Of a stretch of 64,000 nucleotides of DNA, positions 24,670 through 35,350 are shown piece by piece. The stretch spans positions 992,001 to 1,056,000 of the forward strand of contig CM075990.1 of the NCBI GenBank assembly GCA_038087875.1, given 5' to 3'. Origin of the DNA: Malacoraja senta. Its lineage: Eukaryota. Each line of letters starts with the position of its first letter. Position 1 is the first letter of the stretch. Made by a program: the position numbers and the translations under genes. Under the pieces are notes generated by a model that did no database searches, was not told where the DNA came from, and saw only the letters and a list, made by a program, of their open reading frames with translations.

Positions 24670-25909
24670 CAGGCACGTGCCTTGAGTAATTACTCAGGGT
24701 AGGCAGTCAGTCGGCTTAAAAAAAATCTTAAACCGCGCATGCGCTGATTGTTCTCCTCTCCGTAAACATAAAGAATTAAAATAAAGAAAGTAACAATTCA
24801 ATTTGCCCAAGGCTTCCTAATCTACTTCATTCTGAATTACTGAATGGGTGGGGGGTGGAGGGTGATGGCAGGTGGAGAGATGGTGGGAAAAACGGGAGAC
24901 AAGTTGAATCAGTTGTCGTCTTATTGAATGACAATAATGAATAAATGAATGAATGAATGAATGAATGAAGTTTATACTAATACTAGTTCAAGGGACCAAT
25001 TGGGGGGAGAGTTACTTTCACAGCATGTGGTGTGTCTGGCCAGGGGTAATTTTGCGGGGAGGGCAGGGGCGTTGAGAAGGAGGGGGTCGCGGATCATGCC
25101 AGCAACTCACTTACTTACCGCAGCCGCGGCGCTCCGGGCTCGGAGCCACCGCATTGTGGCCAGGGAGGAAAGCAGCTCGGGTGGCTGCGAGCGGCTGCAG
25201 GACCTCAGCGCCTTCTGCCGGCCCTCTCACCTCTGGCTGTGCACTCCGTCTGAACAGTGAGAGGACCAGCTCAAGAGCAAAGATCATAGAGCGTAGCGGG
25301 TCAGCGGGCGATGGATAACAGGACAGCGGGCAGTGGACACTCCTGTTTCAGCGCGAACAAGGGACCAATTAGGTTACACGCTCTGACACATGGAGCAAGC
25401 TCCACTGCCCGCTGTCCTGTTATCCATCGCCTGCTGACCCGCTCTTGAGCTGGTTGCTCTGGCATGATCCCCGACCCCCTCCTTCTCAACGCTCCTGCCC
25501 TCCCGCAACTTTACCCCTGGCCAGACTCCCCACACGCTGTGAAAGGAACTTTCCCCCCCAGCGGAGCTGTCCTTTTAATCCCCCCCAGTGCCGCTTCCCA
25601 CTTTACAGCCGCTTGCGCTGCGCATGCGCAGTACACAGTCCACGCTGCAAAGGCAGAATTTCAGCTGCCTTCAGCTCTGCTTGAAATTGATGGCTTGAAC
25701 AGCGTCCACGGCACGTGGGCTGCACACACTTTCCTGTGTTACATGTACTGCGCATGAAAGGCACGGAGAATTATGCCTACCTAAGAGATCGATCTCTTAG
25801 ATAGGCATAATTCTCCGTGCCTTTAATATTTATATTCAACAATTATCAATTTCTAATTTTAGTCAGGGTACGCAGTGCCTGCCTTGCCTACCCTGACGAC
25901 ACGTGCCTG
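24670..25909. mobile_element. Non-autonomous hAT-type element (1240 bp) with nested inverted repeats
   Basis: TIR CAGGCACGTG...CACGTGCCTG; 8-bp TSD ATACCTAG (24662-24669 and 25910-25917). Confidence 0.85.
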
Positions 25910-28900
25910 ATACCTAGGTTCAGTGAAATTCATTGTTGTTGTAAACAAAGGACGCAAAAGAGTCACCACAAAGGTGCCGACACAGTCACAAAAAGTACTA
26001 TTTAACTAACGAATGGGAAGGAACTGCAGATGCTGGTTTTAACCGAAGATAGACACAAAATGTTGGAGTAATTCAGCGGGACAGGCAGCATCTCTGGAGA
26101 ACAGGAATAGGAGTCGTTTCAGATCGAGACCCTCTTTTCCCCCTGATTCTCAGTCTGAAGAAGGGGCTCAACCAGAAATGTCACCTATCCATGTTTTCCA
26201 GAGATGCTGCATGACTCCATGTCTTACTGTAATAAATATCATTGGTAAGTTCATTATGAGAGTGAAACTACTTTAGCATATGATGAGCGTTTGACGGCAC
26301 TGGGCCTCGACTCGCTGGAGTTTAGAAGATTGAGGGGGGACCTCATTAAAACTTACAGAATAATGAAAGGCATAGATAGAGCAAATGTGGAAAGGATGTT
26401 TTCACTGGTGGGAGAGTCTAGGACCAGAGGTCACAGCCTCAGAATTAAAGGGCGCTCTTTTAGAAAGGAGGTGAGGAGGAACCTCTTTAGTCAGAGGGTA
26501 GTTAATCTGTGGAATTCATTGCCACAGAGGGCTGTGGAGGCCAAGTCAGTGGATATATTTGTAAGGAAGAGATAGACAAATTCTAGATTAGAATGGGTGT
26601 CAAGGGGTATAGGGAGAAGGCAGGAAAATGGGATTAGGAGGCAGAGATCAGCCATGATTGAATGATGAAGTAGACTCGATGGGCCGAATGGCCTAATTCT
26701 TCTCCTATAATTTGTGAACTTATGAATGTGATCTAGGGACGGAAACCTACCACCTTTACCCAGTTAATCATCTTTAGGACAGCACAGTGGCACAGCTGGT
26801 AGAGCTGCAGCCTCAGAACAATAAAAACCCAGGTATGATCATGATCTCGGGTGCTGTCTGTCTGTAAGGAGTTTGCATGTTCTCCCTGTGACCGTGTGGG
26901 TTTCCTCCAGGTGCTCTGGTTTCCTCCCACACCCCAAAGACATGCGGTTTATAGGTTAATAGGCCTCAAAAATGCTTCTTACGTGTAGAGAGTGGATGAG
27001 AAAGTGGAATAACAGAGATCTAATGTGAGCGGGTGATCGATGGTCGTCGTGGACTCAGTGGGCCGAAGGGCCTGTTTCCATGCTGTGTCTCTAAATTGGG
27101 GGTGGGAAAGGAGTGACGTATTCAATGATGTCTCGGCAGCCAGTGAGTGATGGAGTGGCTGCAGTGGGATGGTTGTCGGGAGATCACTCCGGTCCTGTCT
27201 GTCTGTCCATGGGCAAGCCTTGGCTCAAACGAAGACTAAGGCAGCGGTCACCTTAGGCATAAGTTCATAAGTGATAGGAGCAGTATCAGGCTATTCGGCC
27301 CATCAAGTCTACTCCGCCATTTAATCATGGCTGATCTATCTCTCCCTCCTAACCCCATTCTCCTGCCTTCTCCCCGTGACAACCTCTGACAGCAAGCAGG
27401 AGGAGACAGTGCCAGGGATCAAGAGGAATGAGAGAGAGATGAGGCCACACACCAGCAGTATGGAAATGGAGGTCGAGCTCACGTTTATTGCTGATGATCT
27501 TGATAAAGCGCAGTGCCTGGATGGGGGAGTGGAGAGAGATAAATACACAAAATTGATGGGGGAAGGCCGAGAGGCAGTTTAGCTTGATATGCACACTTCC
27601 TCTTCTTAGACGTAGAAACAAGAAACTGCAGTTGCTGGTTTACACAAACGACACAAAGTGTCATCAAGTTTTAGTCCTAGAGTAAACACTGCCCAGTCCA
27701 TCATTGGCTCTGGCCTTCCTTCCATCGAGGGGATTTATCGCAGTCGCTGGCAGTATCATCAAAGACCCACGCCATCCTGGCCACACACTCAACTCCCTGC
27801 TACCTTCAGGTAGAAGGTACAGGAGCCTGAAGACTGCAACGACCAGGAAGATGGCTACTTCCCCAGAGCCATCAGGCTATTAAACTTGGCTCGGACAAAA
27901 CTGATATTTAATAACCCATTATCAGTTATTTGCACTTTATCAGTCTATTTATTCATGTGTGTTTATATTTATACAATGGTATATGGACACACTGATCTGT
28001 TCTGTAGTAAATGCCTACTATGTTCTGTGTGCTGAAGCAAAGCAAAAATGTCATAGTCCTATCAGGGACATATGACAATAAACTCACTTGAACTTGAACT
28101 TGAACTAGAGTCATACAGCCTTTGGCCCAACTTGTCCACACAGACCAACATGTCCCATCTACACTGGTCCCATCTGCCTGCATTTGGCCCATATCCCTCC
28201 AAACCTGTCCTATCCACGTACCCATCTAAATGTTTCTTAAACGTTACAATAGTACCTGCATCAACTACCTCCTCCGGCAGTTAATTCCATACACCCAATA
28301 CCCTTTGTGTGAAAAAGTTAGGTTCTTATTAAATCTTTCCCCCCTCAACTTAAACCTCTGTTCTCTGGTTCTCGATTCCCCTACTCTGGGCAAGACACTC
28401 TGCATCTACCTGATCTATTCTTTTCATGATGTGTTACACCTCTATAAGATCACTCCTCTTCCTCCTGCACTCCAAGGAATATGGTCCCAGCCTGCTCAAT
28501 CTCTCCCTATAGCTCAGGCCCTCAAGTCTTAGTAACATCCTCATCAATCTTCTCTGCACCCTTTCCAGTTTGACAACATGTTTTCCTTATAACAAGGTGC
28601 CCAGAAATGAACACAGCTGAAGAAGAGTCCTGACCCATATCATCATCAATCCCTGCTCTTCATAAATATTTGCCTGTCCTGATGAGTTACCTCAGCACTT
28701 TGTGTCTTTTTTCCCTCCTCTTAGATATAGGGCATATTAAGTGATAAGAACAGAAAGTTAGCAGGAGAAAAATCATCTAGCCGAGAACTTGTTCAAGACA
28801 GCCCATGTTTACAGCTAACTAAGGCCAACGCTGTGACAGGAAGCATGGGTTAGTTTAATTTAGATTAGAAATACGGCATGGAAACAGGCCCTTCGGCCCA

Positions 28901-29934
28901 CTGAGCCCATGCCAGCCATCGATCACTCATTCACACTGGATCTATGTTATCCCCCTTTCTCACTCACTCCCTACACACAAGGGACAATTTACAGAGGCCA
29001 ATTAACCTACAAATTTGGGATGTGTGAGGAAACCGGAGAAGCCAGAGGAAACCCATGCAGTCACAGGGAGATCGTGCAAACTCCACGCAGACAGGTCCCA
29101 ATGACAGGATTGAACCGGGTTCTCCAATGCTGTGAGGCTGCGCTTCTGTGCTGACTTGATAGGAGTCAAGCTGCAGAAAAGTAAAGTCAGAAATATCAAG
29201 GTGCAGCACTGTGGATAAAACAGGCATTAGGGTACGTATGATTCAGGGGTAAATACTGCTTGAAGCATCCGCTGGCAAGCTTGGTCTTAGGCCTGCGCTC
29301 AGTAATACCAGATCTTCTTTAGATATGGCACAGTGGGGCAGTGGCAGAGTTGCTGCCTTACAGCACCAGAGACCCGGGTTCGATCCTGACTACGGGCGCT
29401 GTCTGTATGGAGTTTGTACGTTCTCCCTGTGACCGCGTGAGTTTTCTCCGGGTGCTCCGCTCTCAACTGCTGGTTCATTCCTACCTTCTCTTCAACGTCA
29501 AATCCAAACACCTGAGGCACTGGAAATGTGGTTCAGGGAAAATGAGACAACTGCACAAAATTTACCCAAAGTTTTAATTTACTTTGGAGTTACAGCGCGG
29601 AAACAGGCCCTTTGGCCCACCGAGTCTAAACCAACCTGCATCCCCACACATTAACACTATCCCACACACACTAGGGAAAATTTACACATTTACACAAGCC
29701 TTTTAACCTACATACCTGTACGTCTTTGGACTGTGGGAGGAAACCGAAGAACTCGGAGAAAACCCACGCAGGTCACGGGGAGAACGTACAAACTCTGGAC
29801 AGACAGCGCCCGTAGTCGGGATCGAACCCGGGTCTCCGGCGTTGCAAGCGCTGTAAGGCAGCAACTCTACCGCTGCGCCACCATGTCACCAAGGTCCTGC
29901 AGCAAGAACCCTACAATGGATCCTCTGCCGCCTA

Positions 29935-30400
29935 GGCCTACGCAGTCTCCCGGTTGCTAAACACTTTAACTCCCCTTCCCATTCCCACACTGACCTTTCG
30001 GTCCTGGACCTCCTCCATTGTCAGAGTGAGGAACCGCACCTCATATTTCGCTTGGGCATCTTACACCCCAGCGGAATGAATATTGATTTCTCTAACTTCA
30101 AGTAGCCCTTGCTTTCCCTCTCTCTCCACCCCTCCCCCACCCTAGTACTCCTACTAGTTTCACTGTCTTCCTGATTAATTTTACTGATTGCATGCCTCTG
30201 TCACCATGTAACAATGAACAATTCTACATTTCCTTTGACCATCGTCTGCTTTGATCTGTCATTTTCACATCTTACCCTTCCATATCTCTAGTCTCCCTCT
30301 CCCATGACTCTCAGTCTGAGGGCCTCAACCCGAAACATCACTATTCCTTCTCTCCAGAGATGCGCCCTGATCCACTGAGTTACTGCAACATTATATGTCT
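29935..30400 (+). mobile_element. Internally deleted Penelope-like 3' fragment
   Basis: Similar to 18920-19340 (cacctcatatttcgcttggg...gatttctctaacttca). Confidence 0.7.
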
Positions 30401-31208
30401 ACCTACAGTAAATCCTATGGCTGGTTCTCTGAGCAAACTAACCCCAACCTAACCCTGACCCAAAGTGAATGCCTTTGTCAATAGGCACCAAAACGTTACT
30501 AGTTTTTTGAAGAAGTAACCAAAAAGATTGATGTGGGCAAAGCTGTAGACATTGTATACATGGACATCAGCAAGGCATATGAAAAGGGTCCACATGGTAG
30601 GCTGCTCTGGAAGGTTAGATGGCATGGGATCCTGGGAGAGCTAGCTAACTGAATAGAGAACAGGCATGATGGAAGGAAGCAGGGTTGTGATTGAAGGGTG
30701 ATATTTAGGCTGGAGGTTACTGACCAGTGTGGTTCTGCGGGTATCTGTTTTTAGTTTAGTTTAGAGATACAGAGCGGAACTGGGACCTTCGGCCCACCGA
30801 GTCCGCCCGACCAGCGATCCCTGTACAGTAACACTTTCCTGCTCTCTAGAAACAATTTACAATCTTTATCATAAGATTATAAGATCATAAATGATAGGAA
30901 CAGAATTAGGCCATTCGGCCCATCAAGTCTACTCCGCCATTCAATCATGGCTGATCTATCTCTCCCTCCTAAGCCCATTCTCCTGCCTTCACTCCGTATC
31001 CTCTATAGAAGCCAATCAACCTACAAACCTGCACGTCTTTGGAGTGTTGGAGGAAACTGAAGATCTCGGAATAAACCCACACAGGTCACGGGGAGAATGT
31101 ACAAACTCCATACAGACAGAATCCGAAGTAAGGATCAAACCCGGGTTTCTGGCGCTGTGTGGCGGCAGCTCTACCGCTGTGCCACAGTGCTGGGACCTCT
31201 GCTATTTG

Positions 31209-32539
31209 TCTATATTACTAAAAGTCTGATCTTCACTTCCTGTTGTTCTGTATATTGATTTTAGAAAAAACGCTGCCACTTACCACTGTGATTTTTGGCC
31301 ATCTTACTCAGAGTCCCCCTCAGCTGCGCAGGACAAGAGGATTTTTCACATCGATGAAAAATAAAAGAGTTATTAGTGTTTAAAAAATGTTGAGATTCTC
31401 TCTCCTGAGGGCCACGCCCCTTCCAGAGGGACTATAAAACCCAGAAGTGTTGAGTGCCTCAGTCAGTCTCTGCAAGATGGGGGAGCGAGAGGGTCATGTC
31501 TCTCAGTCTGAGCTGTGAATAACACTGAACACATGTCTACTAAACTGTAAGTGGTTTTACTGACTTGTCAGTGCCCTTAATGTGGTTTGAAAATATAATT
31601 TGGAAATGCTAAAGCTGTGTTGCCTTTGGTTTGGAGATGCTAAAGCTGTGTTGCCTTTGGTTTGGAAATGCTAAAGCTGTGTTGCCTTTGGTTTGGAAAT
31701 GCTAAAGCTGTGTTGCCCAAATAAAGTTGCCTTGCCTAATTAAAGTTGCCTTGCCTAATTAAAGTTGCCTTGCCTTCTATATAATTAAAAGTCTAATCTT
31801 GACCACTTCCTGTTTGCGCTTTATATTGATTTTAGAAAAAAAACGCTACCACGTACGGCTGTGATTTTTGGCCATCTTAGAATTTTTCCCATCAATGAAA
31901 AATAAAAGAGTTATTAGTGTTTTAAAAATGTTGAGATTCTCTCTCCTGTCAATCATTCCATGAAGGCCACGCCCCTTCTGGTGCGAGGGAGGGAGGGACT
32001 AGAAAACCCAGAACTGTGGGCGTGGCTCAGTCACTGCAAGATGGAGGTGGGAGAGGTCACGACTTGCTGTCTTTAGTGGCCTTGCACCCTGTTTGAAATG
32101 GTGTGAAACTGCACTTGAATTTGGTGGCCTTGCACCCTGCTTGAAGTGGTATGGAACTGCACATGAATTTGGTGGCCTTGCACCCTGTTTGAAGTGGTAA
32201 GAAACTGCACTTGAATTTGGTGGCCTTGCACCGTGCTTGAAATGGAATTTCAAGAAATAGCCGTGAGTCAACTGTCAGCCCACTAGCCGTAAGTGAGTGA
32301 GCTGACAGCACAACAGGCTTGAGTGACTGAGCCGCCAGCCCAAGAATCCATTCGGCCCACAATGTCCATACTAGCATTTTGGAAACCAGTCCCTTCACCC
32401 CACAACACCCATACTAGCACTCCAGGAAGCCCCCCCCCCCCCACTGGGAATATTGGAAATGGTGGAGAGGTGGAATATTGCGTAGGGGGACCAGCCCTCC
32501 CGTGTGATGCTGGGACCCAACGGGTCCCATTTAGTCTAG
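31209..32539 (+). mobile_element. Non-autonomous Helitron-like element with duplicated 5' end and internal minisatellites
   Basis: 5' TCTATAT... at 31209 and again at 31776. Subterminal hairpin TGGGACCC-AAC-GGGTCCCA (32511-32529), then CTAG|T at 32536-32540. No TIR or TSD. Confidence 0.8.
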
Positions 32540-33062
32540 TAATATATATATAGACAACATGGACTGAAATGTGGATGGGTTGGTTAGTAGGTTTGTAGAA
32601 AGACCAAAAGTTGTGAAGCTGTAGGCAGTGATGAAGGGCGTCATGGGACATGTTGGGATATAAATAATTTACTGATATGGACAGAGAATTGGAAGATGGC
32701 GTTTAAACTGAACAAGTGTAAGGTGGTGCACTTATAGAGGTGGAATATAAGGGGAAAGTATGTAGAGAATGCAAGACTCCTAACTGCATTGATGTACGGA
32801 GGAATTTGCCTGGATTAGAGGGTATTAGATATAAGGAGAAGTTGGACAAACATGGTGTGTTGGCTGGTTTAAACCGAAGGTGACACAAAATGTTGGAGTA
32901 CTACTCAGCAGAACAGGCAGCATCTCTGGAGAAAAGGAATGGGAGCCTTTTTGTTCCCCTTCCATTTATCCAGAGATGCTGCCTGTCCCGCTGAGTTACT
33001 CCTGCATTTTGTGTCTATTCTCATCCAACTTGCCCAGCTGATCAAGATCCTGCTACCATGTT

Positions 33063-33945
33063 CAAGTCAAGTCAAGTCAAGTCAATTTTTATTCGTGACG
33101 TGCACATAAAGTGCAGTGAAATGAATTTGCCAGCAGCGGTACAATAAAAAAAGAACACACAATACACAATAAAAATTTAACACAAACATCCACCATAGCA
33201 TTTATCACTGTCCTCCTCCATTTCCCCCCGTGGTCGGGACTACAACCCTCCGCAGTCGCCACTGCGGGCGTCCAGATGTGCAGACAAGGTAAGTCCATGT
33301 AAGTCCTGAATTGGTGCCTCCCCACCGGAGACCGCGGCTTCAAGATGGTGTAGGCCACAGGCCGGCGGTCGAAGATCTAAAGTCCCCACCGTCCCACAGC
33401 CAGAAGCACCGCAGACAGCAGGGCCGGCGGTCGGAGCTCATCTCCAGGGATCACCGGCGAGGGATCCCGCTCCGGATGGAAGTCCCCGCCGCGCCCGCGG
33501 TTAGAAGTTGGCCGCGGGCCGGCGGTTGGAGCTCTTTTCCTCCGGGGTCCCCAACGAGGGATCCCAGGCTCCGGACGCCGCGCCAGCTGCCGCGGGCCAG
33601 CGAACGGAGCGCACCTCCCCGGCGACCTCCGGCGAGGGCTCGCCCGCTCCACGACGAAAGAGTCCGCGCTGCGCCCGCGGCTGAAGCCCCGGGCGTGTCT
33701 CCAGGAAAGGCCGCACCGATCCTCTATGTTAGGCCACGAGGGAGGCGACATGGAAAAGTCGCCTCTCCGTGGAGGAAGCGACCAAAACGGTTTCCCCCTT
33801 AACCCCCCCCCACACCACCCCCCCCCCCCCACACAAGACACACCAAGAAACATTAAAAACACACATTGAAACACACTAAAATAACAAAAATACAGAAAAA
33901 ACTAACATGATGCTGGCAGGGCAGCCGGCTCGCAGTGCCCCCACC
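33063..33945 (-). mobile_element. GC-rich non-coding retroposon with (TTGAC)n tail (unclassified)
   Basis: The 3' part is also present at 15790-16030; CpG-rich core. Confidence 0.6.
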
Positions 33946-34334
33946 GACCTGATGTTTGTTAACCATCTTCGCTATCTACGATACCACACACTTTAGTGTC
34001 ATTGGCAAACTTACTAATCATGCCTTCTACATTCTACATTCAAGAAATGGGTGATGTTTCGGGCCGAGGCGTATCTCTCAATTCCATTTCCCCTGACTTT
34101 CAGTCGGAAGAAGGGTCTCGACCTGAAACGTCACCCATTCTTTCTCTCCAGAGATGCTGCCTGTCCCGCTGAGTTACTCCAGCATTTTGTGTCAGTCTTT
34201 AGACAAACTTGGATTGTTTCCTATAAGGGTGCGGGGGATTGGAGGGTGAGGGAAGACATGATAAAACGACCATTGCCAGCATAGACCCAGTAGACAGTCA
34301 AAACTATTTTTGCAGTGTGTGTGGGAATGTAAAG

Positions 34335-34362
34335 CAAAGATCTTATAGCTATAAGATCTTTG
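34335..34362. mobile_element. 28-bp TIR-only hAT-type remnant
   Basis: Perfect palindrome CAAAGATCTTATAG|CTATAAGATCTTTG flanked by the 8-bp direct repeat ATGTAAAG. Confidence 0.85.
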
Positions 34363-34389
34363 ATGTAAAGGACCAGAGGACAGAGTTGT

Positions 34390-35350
34390 TGGGTGAGAGG
34401 GAAAGGTAAAGCCCCTCCCCTATATACTAGCCACGCCCACAGCACACAGGCCCCGCCCACCCTGCCAGTCACTGGCCCCGCCCTTCACTGGGCCCCGCCC
34501 ACGACCATTGTCCGAAGACCACGCCCACACCTCCCTGGCCCCGTCATTGTCCCTAGGCCACGCCCACACCTCCCTCGCTCCGTCATTGTCCACAGGCCCA
34601 GCCCACACCTCCCAGACCCCGCCCATTATACCGAGGTTCCGCCCACTCGCCCATGGACCCTCCCCTCCAACGCCTCCTTAGCCCCGCCCACTACAAGACC
34701 CCGTCCACTATCCTGGGCCCGCCCACTGCAGACCCCCGTCTGCTACACGGGCCCCGCCCACTATAGTGACCCCGCCCACACCGCTCTGACCCCGCCCATT
34801 GCCCCCAGACCCCGCCTCTCTCCCTCGCTGGCGGCGGCGGCGGCGTTGTGTTGTGCGCGGCGTGGCGTGGCGGTGACGTGGCGCAGGGAGGTGCGCGCCT
34901 GGTGAGGGAGCAAGGCCGCGGGCGGGGCCGCAGCCGGAGCGGAGCCGAGAGCCGAGAGCCGGAGCCAGCGCCGCCGACATGCCGCCCTCCACCCTGCCTC
35001 TGCTGCTCGCCTGCCTCGGCCTCAGCATCCTGTGCGCCCGGGCCGACGAGCACGACCACACGGTAAGGTGGGCCCCGGGCTGGATTTGATCGGCGCCCCC
35101 CCCCCCCCCCCCTCTCTTCCCCGGGCCACGGCGCCTAGGCCCAGGCCGGTCCCGAGCGGCCCGGCCACCCCCGCTCGCCGGCCGCGGCCTGTGGACACGG
35201 CCTCAAACCCGAGGCCCAGGCTGCGGCCTCAGGGCGGCTGCCAGGTGTGGATGTGGCGGCTGAAGGGCCGGGCTCCAGGCCTACAGTGTGTGCCGGTGCT
35301 TCCGCTCTCCCCCAGAGCCGGGCCTGGCCGAGCCGGGGGTGGCAGCGGTG
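34390..35350 (+). promoter_or_regulatory. TM9SF3 CpG-island promoter with an array of Sp/KLF GC boxes
   Basis: About 15 co-oriented CC(C/A)CGCCC motifs at 34410-34820, then a CpG-rich 5' UTR, exon 1 and start of intron 1. Confidence 0.85.
34979..35062 (+). CDS. TM9SF3: Transmembrane 9 superfamily member 3, exon 1 (signal peptide)
   Basis: GCCGACATG; MPPSTLPLLLACLGLSILCARADEHDHT|gtaagg. Hydrophobic leader followed by the DEH(E/D)HT mature N-terminus typical of TM9SF3. Confidence 0.93.

Noticed and set aside
31598..32245. Regularly repeated 31-46-bp units resembling a CRISPR array
   Set aside because: Head-to-tail tandem repeats without unique spacers, eukaryotic context and no cas genes.
34393..34905. 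170-aa Pro-rich ORF upstream of TM9SF3
   Set aside because: By-product of GC-box repeats; no recognisable domain.
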